The notes under the pieces: model-generated
Databases searched by the model: none
Seen by the model: the letters and a program-made list of their open reading frames with translations, nothing else
What the model was told of the DNA's origin: nothing
Virus genome (UHGV): UHGV-1376088
DNA: 64,000 nt
Source: a virus
Strand: one strand, 5' to 3'
Translations under genes and position numbers: made by a program
Part shown: positions 50,064 through 61,394 of the stretch, in pieces
Numbering within the stretch: the first letter of the stretch is position 1
Layout: each line of letters starts with the position of its first letter

Positions 50064-51952
50064 TAGCTTTCTGGCCGCGTTGTTTCAGTATCCGTCCGTG
50101 TCACCCATTCAAGTACAGAGTTCTTGCTGTCAACATATACAGGCAAACCTTCTTTTAGATACTCAGGAGTATCGTCGGCAATCACGTACTTCGTAATTGG
50201 CGCGACAGCAGGGTAGTCACCAAACTTATTAGGCTGGTATCCATAAGCTGCCATATTGTCGTTTGAGCTCCGAGCACGGTAACGCGGAAGCCTTGTATCT
50301 GCATGCACAGGTACAACTTTTACATCACGATCTTTAGCTGTAGTATCAGGAGCCGATGCAGCTGAAGTTGGTTCTTCATCAAGTTTGAGCGTCCAATAAC
50401 CTGTTTGCTCACCCTCAGCATCTTCCTTTTCTGTCCACTCAACTAATGAGTTGTGCTCGTCAAGATATAAAGGCTGTGTACTGCGTGCACTTTCAGGGGA
50501 ATCCTTGGCAACAACCCACTTAGTAACGTCACCTAGCGCAGGGTAGTTGCCATAAGCGTCTCGACTGTAACCTAAGTCGGTAGGCACATTGTCTTCATTA
50601 CGATAATGTACAGTCGGCGCAGATCCTACGCGATACTCTTTGATAAGTGCCCCATGGTCTTCAGGGTCATCGCTAACCACTCTGGCAGGGCTAGGCTCTG
50701 CAGGTACTGGCGCAGCAGGAGCAGGTTCGGTAGGCGCAGGCTCTTCTCTGCGCTCAGGGGCCGGCTCTTCACGACGCCCCGGTGCCGGTTCAGGACTATG
50801 TTCCGGATTAGCTGGCGCTGGCTCTGATGGTACAGGTTCAGCTGGTGCAGGTTCTTCACGGCGCGTAGGCGGCGAAGGTTCTTCTCGACGCTCAGGAGCG
50901 GGCTCAGGTCTTGGTTCAGGTCTTGGTTCAGGTCTTGGTTCAGGCTCAGGCTCGTGTCTTGTCTCAGATTCTGGCACAATCCCTATTTCAGACTCTCCAC
51001 GTACATTTAAAGATTCAAATCTGATTTTATGGTCAATTACATAAGGACCGTCTTTCATTTTCTCTGGAGGAGGTGGCGGTGGAGGTTGAACTGGGTCCTT
51101 ATGTGGACGCTCGCTCTTACCTGACAGCTTCTCAAATCTGTCCCTCATTACTGCACAATAGTTTATATATTTAGGAGGGAAGTTTAAGTAGATTCTTATA
51201 CCATCTGTACCTAGGTTTAGCTTTTCTTTGTCCAATGCAACCCTGATGCCACTTGATCCGTCTTTCTGCTTAATGATTTTCCACGGCGTTGGCAACTCAG
51301 CGATAGTGGTATTAGCACCTGCGGCATTCTTATTGTATTTTCTAGGGAATACAAATTTAGATACGCTATGTCTATATCCGGCCTTATAACTTTGCTCTAT
51401 TCTATTGATAAGGATTACATTGAAGTAGTCTGTGTATCTAAACTCTGTCTCGCTTCTTCTACTATATCTATAAGAACATTTGTAGTTTAAGAATAGCGGA
51501 TCCCTCTTTGCATTTGACACTCTAAAGGCTGTACGATAATTAAGTTTAAATCTGGTTTTACCAAGTTCAAGCTTATATCCAGCCTTATAGTTGTATCTAA
51601 TTCTCTCGCCAAATAGGAAGTGTCTTTTAAACATACTTCTATATTTGTATTCGGTTCTTTGTGAGAATTTTACACTATACCCCGCAAGATACCTTTGTTC
51701 AGTAGAGGTTATTTTTACCCCTACACGATATCCGCAAAAATATCGCATAGGTGGTTCTGGTTTATTAATCCAGAAATAGTCTCTATATCTCTGAACAACC
51801 TCTTTTCCGGTATCCATATTAAACCCGGAAGAGAATCTATATTGCTCTACATTTGAATAATATATAGTAATAGGGATTTTAATTGAGTTGTTTTGATGCC
51901 TAGCTAGGGCTATATGTTCAGAACTCAGATTTTCGTTAAAAATGATTATCAT
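50042..51952 (-). CDS. Hypothetical virion protein (636 aa). It has a basic Tyr/Lys/Arg-rich repeat N-terminus, a poly-Pro stretch, a Pro/Glu-rich low-complexity linker and two copies of the ~65-aa C-terminal domain shared with the 449-aa neighbour.
   Basis: N-terminal YKAGYKLELGKTRFKLNYRTAFR-type repeats. Then PPPPPPPEKMKDGP. Then EPEPEPRPEPRPEPRPEPAPERREEPSPPTRREEPAPAEPVPSEPAPANPEHSPEPAPGRREEPAPERREEPAPTEPAPAAPVPAEPSPAR. Then the domains ...DAYGNYPALGDVTKWVVAKDSPE...EWTEKED...YWTL and ...YGYQPNKFGDYPAVAPITKYVIADDTPEYLKEGLPVYVDSKNSVLEWVTRTD...YWAV. Confidence 0.5.
   Translation of the reverse strand: MIIIFNENLSSEHIALARHQNNSIKIPITIYYSNVEQYRFSSGFNMDTGKEVVQRYRDYFWINKPEPPMRYFCGYRVGVKITSTEQRYLAGYSVKFSQRTEYKYRSMFKRHFLFGERIRYNYKAGYKLELGKTRFKLNYRTAFRVSNAKRDPLFLNYKCSYRYSRRSETEFRYTDYFNVILINRIEQSYKAGYRHSVSKFVFPRKYNKNAAGANTTIAELPTPWKIIKQKDGSSGIRVALDKEKLNLGTDGIRIYLNFPPKYINYCAVMRDRFEKLSGKSERPHKDPVQPPPPPPPEKMKDGPYVIDHKIRFESLNVRGESEIGIVPESETRHEPEPEPRPEPRPEPRPEPAPERREEPSPPTRREEPAPAEPVPSEPAPANPEHSPEPAPGRREEPAPERREEPAPTEPAPAAPVPAEPSPARVVSDDPEDHGALIKEYRVGSAPTVHYRNEDNVPTDLGYSRDAYGNYPALGDVTKWVVAKDSPESARSTQPLYLDEHNSLVEWTEKEDAEGEQTGYWTLKLDEEPTSAASAPDTTAKDRDVKVVPVHADTRLPRYRARSSNDNMAAYGYQPNKFGDYPAVAPITKYVIADDTPEYLKEGLPVYVDSKNSVLEWVTRTDTETTRPESYWAVDYR
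50901..50952. repeat. Perfect 12-nt tandem repeat (caggtcttggtt x3) flanked by degenerate copies, inside the Pro/Glu-rich linker coding region.
   Basis: Direct reading: ggctcaggtcttggttcaggtcttggttcaggtcttggttcaggctcaggctcg. It encodes (PEPR)n on the minus strand. Confidence 0.8.
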
Positions 51953-51961
51953 ATTGTAGCC

Positions 51962-53734
51962 CTATTTTGATACTTTTAAGCCAATCTTAAATCCTGCAAG
52001 GTCAAATTCATTAAGGGCTCCTGCGCGAGCATACAAAGCACTAATTGGATTATAAAGTATATTGATTTTTATAACGGCAATATCATATGCCTTGAAGAAC
52101 CTAATTCTAGCGGTGTCAAATGTATACAGATCATTGAGTGATTCTGATAGATTTTGTTTTGGAGTAATTTTAGCTGATATGATCTCGAAGAATCTATCTC
52201 TATCCTTCTTCAATTGTTGATCAACTGTAGCATTAAAACGTTTATTTACAGCGGCTTTTTCATCGCCCGTAAATGCGTTAGCCAAAGTGTTAAATCCATC
52301 TATAAGGATGTCTTGATAGTCAATTGGCTCTTGGTAATACTGAGAAGAACCCCACCTATATTGTCTTCTGTTTCGTTTGGCCGCTTCTTGTCTTTCTCGC
52401 TCTATTCTGGCTTTTTCCTCGTTTACAGCCTTCTCAATGTCTTCATATCTTGGACCAAGAAATTGGCTTGGAAATGGGTTTAATGCATCTGAACGGTTTT
52501 CAACTGCAGAATAGATATTGGTAGCTTTGATTGATGAACCTTTAGAGTTCCTGGTCGATTTGCTTCTATCGGACTTACCGCTAATATTTTTGGAAGGATT
52601 ACTAATTCCAACTCTAATACTAGAAGAGGCTATGCCCAGAATCTTTGAAGATACACCTTGAATAGGCGTCAATAGGAATCCGCCCGAATTAGCTGCAGAC
52701 TTAATTCTTATCTTGACTCTGCCGCCGTCCAAGAAGATTTTTTCAATGGTACCTTGTGCTTCGTATGAATTACTTGAGCCAAACATTCTGATGTCTTGCC
52801 CGATGTAAAAGATTTCCCTGACAGCCCTTAGAAGTTCATTATTATTAATGTTGTTACTATTGAGGCTGGAAATAATATCTGCAACAAGTCCATCGGCCCC
52901 TCTAATATAGAAATCTTTTCTAGAGTTGTATTTTCCTCTATCAGAGGCAATATATCTTTCCCCGTCGTTTGGATTATCCGAGTAGGGGATTTCCTGTTCA
53001 GAGCCTGGAACTTCATCTACATACAGCACTGTGTATGGACTTACTGAAACTTCAAGTTCAAATTTACCGCCAGCAACTTTTTGACTATATTCTTTTAACC
53101 TCTGCAAATCTGATTCATGCATTGGAATATTGTTTCGCATTATCAGAAGTGGAAGCTCAATATAACATTTACTTACCTCATCCCCGTTAATAGCAACACG
53201 GAACGAGGTGTCGACATTAGTGTTCTCACCACTATCAAACATGCGTCTTGTTATAAGATTTGCGTAATACTTAGCCTGTCTATCATAGTCGATATCTCGC
53301 GCTTGTATATAGCTCGGACCCTCTTTATTGATCAAGTCGGCGAACGACATAAGTGGATTGTCGCTTTCGAATGTATACTTTTGGTCGACAGAACCTGGAT
53401 TGCCTGTACTGGCAATAACCTTTGTGCCTAGAATAGAGCCAGCCTTTTCGAAGATATATTTCTTACGGCCTACAGCATCTGCAATGAAATATTCGTAATA
53501 TTTGGAATTCAGGATATCTTTGAAATATCCCTCAGTTAATTGTATAACTTCTCTGGCGTTATTAATGTCGGTCTGATCCAACATTTCCATCATGCCATTA
53601 ACAGAGTAGAAGGGGTTATTCCCCTTCTCTTCCATTTGATCGTCAAAATTGGCTGGCAAATAGATGTCAAAATAACGCTGAATAATGCCATCAATTTCTA
53701 CACTATCTGGCGTGTAGTCTAGTATCTGCGCCAT
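51962..53734 (-). CDS. Hypothetical virion protein (590 aa).
   Basis: Long ORF with an AAGGGG Shine-Dalgarno 7 nt upstream of the ATG at 53734. Confidence 0.45.
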   Translation of the reverse strand: MAQILDYTPDSVEIDGIIQRYFDIYLPANFDDQMEEKGNNPFYSVNGMMEMLDQTDINNAREVIQLTEGYFKDILNSKYYEYFIADAVGRKKYIFEKAGSILGTKVIASTGNPGSVDQKYTFESDNPLMSFADLINKEGPSYIQARDIDYDRQAKYYANLITRRMFDSGENTNVDTSFRVAINGDEVSKCYIELPLLIMRNNIPMHESDLQRLKEYSQKVAGGKFELEVSVSPYTVLYVDEVPGSEQEIPYSDNPNDGERYIASDRGKYNSRKDFYIRGADGLVADIISSLNSNNINNNELLRAVREIFYIGQDIRMFGSSNSYEAQGTIEKIFLDGGRVKIRIKSAANSGGFLLTPIQGVSSKILGIASSSIRVGISNPSKNISGKSDRSKSTRNSKGSSIKATNIYSAVENRSDALNPFPSQFLGPRYEDIEKAVNEEKARIERERQEAAKRNRRQYRWGSSQYYQEPIDYQDILIDGFNTLANAFTGDEKAAVNKRFNATVDQQLKKDRDRFFEIISAKITPKQNLSESLNDLYTFDTARIRFFKAYDIAVIKINILYNPISALYARAGALNEFDLAGFKIGLKVSK

Positions 53735-53752
53735 TACCAGCCCCTTTTTATA

Positions 53753-54272
53753 TTATGCACTTGCGGTAAGTGTAAAGTCCATAAATTCTCTAACTTCACC
53801 AGCACCTGATACGTTTGTTGGTGTTCGTTTAAACCATACTGCCTGGTATTCGCCAGGTTGTAATGTTCCGATCAATAGCGGGTCATCTTTTGTATGGTCC
53901 TCAAATGTAATGCTTAATGGAGCAGAGTTCTCATCACGAATAATGTTTGCATCAGAGTTTGGCAATGGAGTTTTGCCTACTTGGAATTTTGCATATGAGT
54001 TTGAAGATAAGATAAGCTTCATACCCATAGCTGGGCCCTTTCTAGAGCCAAGAGGATTGTTATAGATATAAACACATCTGTAATCTGATGAACCGTTTTC
54101 ACTATCCATTTGTGTAATGTCATCCCATAGGTTATTTATAACCATACTGTTCTGACCAAGAATATATGAAACACCTTCATTTGCACTTTGTGCCATCTTG
54201 CCGCCGATAGATTTATTCGGCTCTGTTAAATTGGTTGATGTAGTGCTACCTGTTGATAGTCTAACTTCGATA

Positions 54273-54280
<8 letters not shown>
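53753..54280 (-). CDS. Hypothetical protein (175 aa).
   Basis: ORF overlapping the upstream gene by 8 nt. Confidence 0.4.
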
Positions 54281-56859
<2,579 letters not shown>

Positions 56860-56876
56860 CTATCCGTAATCTAGAT

Positions 56877-57453
56877 TTATTCTTCTTCTGTTGTTGCGGT
56901 TTCAGATTCAACAGACTCTTTAAGACGTTTGATCTCTGAATCCAAAGATGAGATTACGCCTCTTCTGTTTTTGCCGTTGATTTCTGATGTTTTAGCAAAT
57001 TCGATAATTTCCAGGTCAACATCTGGAATATTTTTAGCTGCCACCATAGCAAGTGCTGTAGAGGCGTTAAGAATTTTGTCTTGGATAAAGCTAACACGAG
57101 GGTCTTCTTTTTGTGCTTCTTCCAATGCGGCGATGGTTGTTTTAGTACCATCCTCAAGTTCGATTTCTGCGTCAAGAATACGTACTTCTTCTGTATCCTC
57201 AATCTTTAGCAGATTGTCGTATTTGCCTTGTTGCACTTCTTTTCGTAGGGCGCCGGCTCTTTCGATGAATTTTTCAGAAGGGATGTTTGATTCAACCTCT
57301 CCTCTGCGAATATGATACGCAAGAATTTCCAGGTCTCCGATTGTCAATTTAGACAGATCGTATACAACTTCTTGGCCACGACGCATATGGATTTTTTCAC
57401 CAAACAAGAATGTCTGTGTTAATAGTTTTACTTTTGCTTGTAATGCTTTCATT
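56877..57453 (-). CDS. Hypothetical protein (about 192 aa) downstream of the capsid terminator. Start adjusted from the track's 57515 to the Met at 57453.
   Basis: The track ORF begins at 57515, inside the terminator hairpin. The internal Met (MKALQAKVKLL...) at 57451-57453 has a GGTGA Shine-Dalgarno about 5 nt upstream and lies just 3' of the terminator. Confidence 0.45.
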
Positions 57454-57460
57454 AAATCAC

Positions 57461-57503
57461 CAAATAAAAAATGGGGGCAGGGAGTTCTAACCCTACCCCC
57501 ATG
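57461..57503 (-). terminator. Rho-independent terminator downstream of the putative major capsid gene. A 12-bp stem with one G-U pair, an 8-nt loop and a U-rich tail.
   Basis: The minus-strand RNA reads AUGGGGGUAGGG-UUAGAACU-CCCUGCCCCCAU followed by UUUUUUAUUU. On the plus strand this is aaataaaaaatgggggcagggagttctaaccctacccccat. Confidence 0.7.
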
Positions 57504-57548
57504 TTGTTTAATCAACTATGAGTATATTATATACCTAGTTTTAAAAAA

Positions 57549-58805
57549 TTACTTGCGTTGAATACGTGGCAAATCGCTAACAACTGCTTGAGGAGGCAGA
57601 ACCACTTCGTTAGGTTCGATGCTTACGTTTTTAGCGATAGAAACTGCTTGACCATCATTAAACAATGCCAGGCCGTAACGTTCACGGATTTTGATATTTT
57701 GAATGTCACGTGCTGGGTCATCCCATTGGTCTACAGTAGGCTCTTCTTGAACGAAGATGGCGCCCAGTTCATTAGTATCCAACATGATAATAGAAGTGGT
57801 TTTCTTCTCAGCATCGAATGGAACATAATGAGAGGTCATGATAGTCAGACCTTGAGTACCAGGGAAGTATGATGGGAATTGGAATGGTGTATCTTGAGTA
57901 CCAACGCGCTCTTCAGTAGTCAGCGGAGTAGCTGGACGGCCAGACATACGGCTGAAGCGACGATAAGCCTCTGGAACATCACCACCAATTTTTTGGCTAG
58001 GCATACTGGTAAACCAGTTGTCCAAAGAACCATTTTTCAGTGCATATTCACGCAGAACTGGGTCTTTAGTGAATGTAGCCCAAGCCAATGGGTGGCACAG
58101 GATAACGTTAGGTTTGTAACCACGCTCCAGCATGTTGGCATACATATCATACATATCGTCAGCGGTGAAAGAACCATTGCCAGCACCAGAAATATCACGA
58201 CCGGTAGTACGGCCCAAGATGGATTGGTTAGGATTGTCGTTGTCAAATACAACAACACCGGCAGAGTTGATCATGCGGAAGATGTTTTGTTCTTTAGCGC
58301 GAGCCATAGCGCGACCCAGGCGATTCAGATGGAAAGCGATAACATCCCATTGAGAGTTACGCAACATTTCTTCGGTGATGCGCAGACGGTTACCGTATTT
58401 GCCAACACCAGCGAAGAGTTGACCACCACCGTTAGTGGTGCTAACTTCTGGGTATTCGCCACCCTCAGCAACAGAGTTGTCGCCAACCTCGATAGCACCA
58501 TAAGTGCTAACGTTAACTTGGGTGATGTTAGGATCGATATGAATGGTTTGCAGCAATTTGTGACCGATCAGATTTGGTTCAATAGCATCGATTACAAATT
58601 CTTCGATTACACGTTTGAATGCAATCGGGAAGTTAGGAGTAGCAAAAGCGTCAGAAACTTTAAGGCTTTCGATGTTACCAGTCATAGCGTCGCTGATGGA
58701 GATTTGTTCACCATCTACAGTTTTACCGCCATTGTCGAACAGGCCACGAATAAATTGAATGCTTTGAGATTCTTGTGCGTAAGTTTTGTCGAATTTTTTA
58801 GACAT
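57549..58805 (-). CDS. Putative major capsid protein (418 aa).
   Basis: Size is typical of HK97-fold capsid proteins. Extreme high-expression codon bias distinct from the flanking genes. Followed by a strong terminator. Preceded by portal and protease/scaffold-like genes. Confidence 0.55.
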   Translation of the reverse strand: MSKKFDKTYAQESQSIQFIRGLFDNGGKTVDGEQISISDAMTGNIESLKVSDAFATPNFPIAFKRVIEEFVIDAIEPNLIGHKLLQTIHIDPNITQVNVSTYGAIEVGDNSVAEGGEYPEVSTTNGGGQLFAGVGKYGNRLRITEEMLRNSQWDVIAFHLNRLGRAMARAKEQNIFRMINSAGVVVFDNDNPNQSILGRTTGRDISGAGNGSFTADDMYDMYANMLERGYKPNVILCHPLAWATFTKDPVLREYALKNGSLDNWFTSMPSQKIGGDVPEAYRRFSRMSGRPATPLTTEERVGTQDTPFQFPSYFPGTQGLTIMTSHYVPFDAEKKTTSIIMLDTNELGAIFVQEEPTVDQWDDPARDIQNIKIRERYGLALFNDGQAVSIAKNVSIEPNEVVLPPQAVVSDLPRIQRK

Positions 58806-58834
58806 ATTATTTATTTATTCCTATGATTGTAAGA

Positions 58835-59713
58835 TTAGCGGTTAATCAGGTTAACGCGAACCAGGCCGTAACCGTTAGAGTAAGCAACTTTATGTTCAGC
58901 ACCTTTAGTAGCGGTACCAGGCATTTTGTCCAGGTCATGACCACCAGCAGAGCTAGTGCGAACCAGTTTTAACAGACTGTCTTCTTGAGGTTTAACAACT
59001 TGCAGAACTTGACCCAGAATTTTCTCTTTAGCGACTGAAGCTTGAGCAACAACCATGTTAGAGTTTTTGTCAAAGGTTACGAAGTCACCAGGTTTAACAG
59101 TGGTGAAGTCAGCAAGAGTACCTGTACCGGCATTTGCACCTTTAGCAGCGATGAAGGCAGAAATACCTTTCATAGGAGCTTTTTCGTATTCAGCATCAGA
59201 TTCTACCAGTGGCAACTCGATCATGTAGTCACATACGAATTGAACGCGATGTTGATAGTTCAGGTTTTGATAGTTGAAGTGGGCGGGGTTGATACCGTCG
59301 CCACCTGGATGACGCCAGAAGTCATACAGTGCAACACCAACAGGAGCAGAAACAGTCAGGTTGGCGGCGTTCATTTTATCTTTAACTTTATCGCCTGCAG
59401 CAACTGGTTGACCGTCTGGACCAACGATGCCTTCTTGAACGTCTACTTCGGTGTAAGTTGCGTCAGAATCCAAGATACCGGCAGGAACCAGATAACCATT
59501 GCTGTCGAATGCAACTACTTTACCAGTAGAAATTACAACATGAGTTTTGATATCTTTGGAAGGTACGCGGATAAGTGGTAGGTAAGGAGCTGGCATAAAT
59601 TGGCCGGCAGGATGCATACCTTCTGAGAACATGACATTAGGAGTTGCCCAGTTCTCACGGCTGTAGTGTTTAGTCTTAGGAGCATTAGCAGCTACGTTTT
59701 GATATTGGAACAT
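58835..59713 (-). CDS. Highly expressed virion protein (292 aa), possibly a head decoration or accessory capsid protein.
   Basis: Same strong codon bias as the capsid gene. Not coiled-coil. Sits between the scaffold-like and capsid genes. GGAGAA Shine-Dalgarno upstream of the ATG. Confidence 0.45.
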   Translation of the reverse strand: MFQYQNVAANAPKTKHYSRENWATPNVMFSEGMHPAGQFMPAPYLPLIRVPSKDIKTHVVISTGKVVAFDSNGYLVPAGILDSDATYTEVDVQEGIVGPDGQPVAAGDKVKDKMNAANLTVSAPVGVALYDFWRHPGGDGINPAHFNYQNLNYQHRVQFVCDYMIELPLVESDAEYEKAPMKGISAFIAAKGANAGTGTLADFTTVKPGDFVTFDKNSNMVVAQASVAKEKILGQVLQVVKPQEDSLLKLVRTSSAGGHDLDKMPGTATKGAEHKVAYSNGYGLVRVNLINR

Positions 59714-59735
59714 TGTGGATTATTCTCCGTATATT

Positions 59736-61394
59736 TTAGCTTTCGCTTTTAATTTTTACTTTTGCTGCAAACGCTTTAGCTGCTGCAGCACCCTCTTTAT
59801 TGAGAACCTTTAGGAACTCTTTTTGAGCTTCAATTTTATTTTCAAAAATTAAACCGTCTTCAATTTTAACATCTTTAGGCTCCTCTACAGTAGTTGTATC
59901 GGCGCTATCTTCGATCTTAACAGAATCTTTTTCCAGAGGCTCTTTTGTGTCTTTTTCTACTGAGTCAGACACCTTTTCAGTTGTATCGGTTTTTGCGGCC
60001 TGAAGATCTTTTAATTTGTCAGAAAGAGATTCAAGACTTCGTTTTTTCAATTCTTCAATTTTAACAGAATCTGAAATTTTTTCAATAGCCGAAATCTGTG
60101 ATACCACTGATTCTTTTAATGCGTCTTGTACTTTAACAAGCTCGATAGTCTTGTTAGCTAATTCTTGGCGCAGCACTTTGTTTTGTGAGTTTAAGTAGCT
60201 GTTTGCATTACCGGCGATAAGAGCTTGGATCTTATCAGAGATTGCAACGGCGACTTTCTCAACAAGAGCGTCTTGATCAAACTCTGCTTGAGCTAAACCT
60301 TGCTCAACATTGTCTGAAACCTTTTCTGCTTCTTTAGGTTCTTCGCTTGCCTTGATCGCATCGGCGATCACTTGTTCATAATCTTCGACACCTAGCTCTT
60401 GTAGTTTTTCATCAATCAAAGTGATGATTGATTCTTTGTCGCCTGAATCGGAAATTTTAGTGGTGAAGTATGACTTAGCCAATGATGCAGATAATTTATC
60501 TGAGATTGGGAAAGTTTTTTGCTCGCCAAAAACATAATCCAGAACAGTTAAGCCTTCCTCAGAGGGAAGCTGATAGTCTTTAATCCCCAGAGTTTTGGCA
60601 TGTTCGACAAGATGTTCGCTAGACTTATTAATGTCTTGGATTCCTACTGTCATCTGTTTACCTTTTTCTATTTCAAAATCTAATATCTGTAGATGGGATT
60701 GACTATTTTTACTATCCCGAATTAATGTTGCAACGGCATTACTATCCGCAGGTGTAGCAACATATGATATATGATCGAAGTGCATTTTGCCTCCGACATA
60801 ATAGCATTTCTCATTCCCATATTTAACGCCGCGTCTATGTTCGCAGCGATTAGGTGAATTTACCTTTGTAGAGCAGATAGAACAATATGCCTCTTCTACT
60901 CTGCCGTCAACCGAAACAAATCCGAACTCTCCATCGAGAATTTTATCAATTGCCTCTTTATCCGTAATCTTGGCAACCAGCTCGATGTGACCAAGACCTT
61001 TATAGCCCCGTGATCGATATTGCTTATCAAGATTTAACTCTTTTGCCTTACCGAGATATTCTACAGGAGAAAGGCTATTAAATGAATCACTAATATTCCC
61101 GTAATCAACATATTTGGATGAAATAACTCTACCAAGAGTTCTTGAATCCGGATTGTGTTCTTCCGTTACAGGCTTAAACACTGGAGATACAAATGAACGA
61201 TATCCGTCATACATTCCTTTAGGTGTGTAAATCCAGTTATTGCCATTTGGTCGGCCAGAATGAGTGGCCTCCATTTTAACGGTAATGCTTTTTACTTTAG
61301 CGCCATTAGATAGAGAATCAGAGATTCGTTGTTGAATCTCTTCTCCTAAACTTACTCTCGCAGTTGTCTCGAAGTGGTCATTAAAAGGCCTCAC
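59736..61394 (-). CDS. Putative prohead protease / scaffolding fusion protein (552 aa). N-terminal globular ~250 aa, C-terminal long acidic coiled coil.
   Basis: The C-terminal half is coiled-coil and acidic (...LQELGVEDYEQVIADAIKASEEPKEAEKVSD...KVLRQELANKTIELVKVQDALKE...), typical of scaffold proteins. Located between portal-sized and capsid-sized genes. No protease catalytic motif verified. Confidence 0.4.
   Translation of the reverse strand: MRPFNDHFETTARVSLGEEIQQRISDSLSNGAKVKSITVKMEATHSGRPNGNNWIYTPKGMYDGYRSFVSPVFKPVTEEHNPDSRTLGRVISSKYVDYGNISDSFNSLSPVEYLGKAKELNLDKQYRSRGYKGLGHIELVAKITDKEAIDKILDGEFGFVSVDGRVEEAYCSICSTKVNSPNRCEHRRGVKYGNEKCYYVGGKMHFDHISYVATPADSNAVATLIRDSKNSQSHLQILDFEIEKGKQMTVGIQDINKSSEHLVEHAKTLGIKDYQLPSEEGLTVLDYVFGEQKTFPISDKLSASLAKSYFTTKISDSGDKESIITLIDEKLQELGVEDYEQVIADAIKASEEPKEAEKVSDNVEQGLAQAEFDQDALVEKVAVAISDKIQALIAGNANSYLNSQNKVLRQELANKTIELVKVQDALKESVVSQISAIEKISDSVKIEELKKRSLESLSDKLKDLQAAKTDTTEKVSDSVEKDTKEPLEKDSVKIEDSADTTTVEEPKDVKIEDGLIFENKIEAQKEFLKVLNKEGAAAAKAFAAKVKIKSES

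Noticed and set aside
50640-51044. A 134-aa plus-strand ORF encoding a Gly/Ser/Ala-rich peptide.
   Set aside because: It is the antisense frame of the GC-rich Pro/Glu repeat region and purely compositional.
56877-57515. The ORF-track start at 57515 for the gene downstream of the capsid terminator.
   Set aside because: The first 20 codons would be read through the terminator stem. The internal Met at 57453 with a proper Shine-Dalgarno is preferred.
57879-58826. A 315-aa plus-strand ORF, the longest plus-strand ORF in the window.
   Set aside because: It lies entirely antisense to the highly codon-biased capsid gene. Its stop-free frame is a by-product of that bias. There is no RBS context. 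It would break the otherwise perfect strand polarity.
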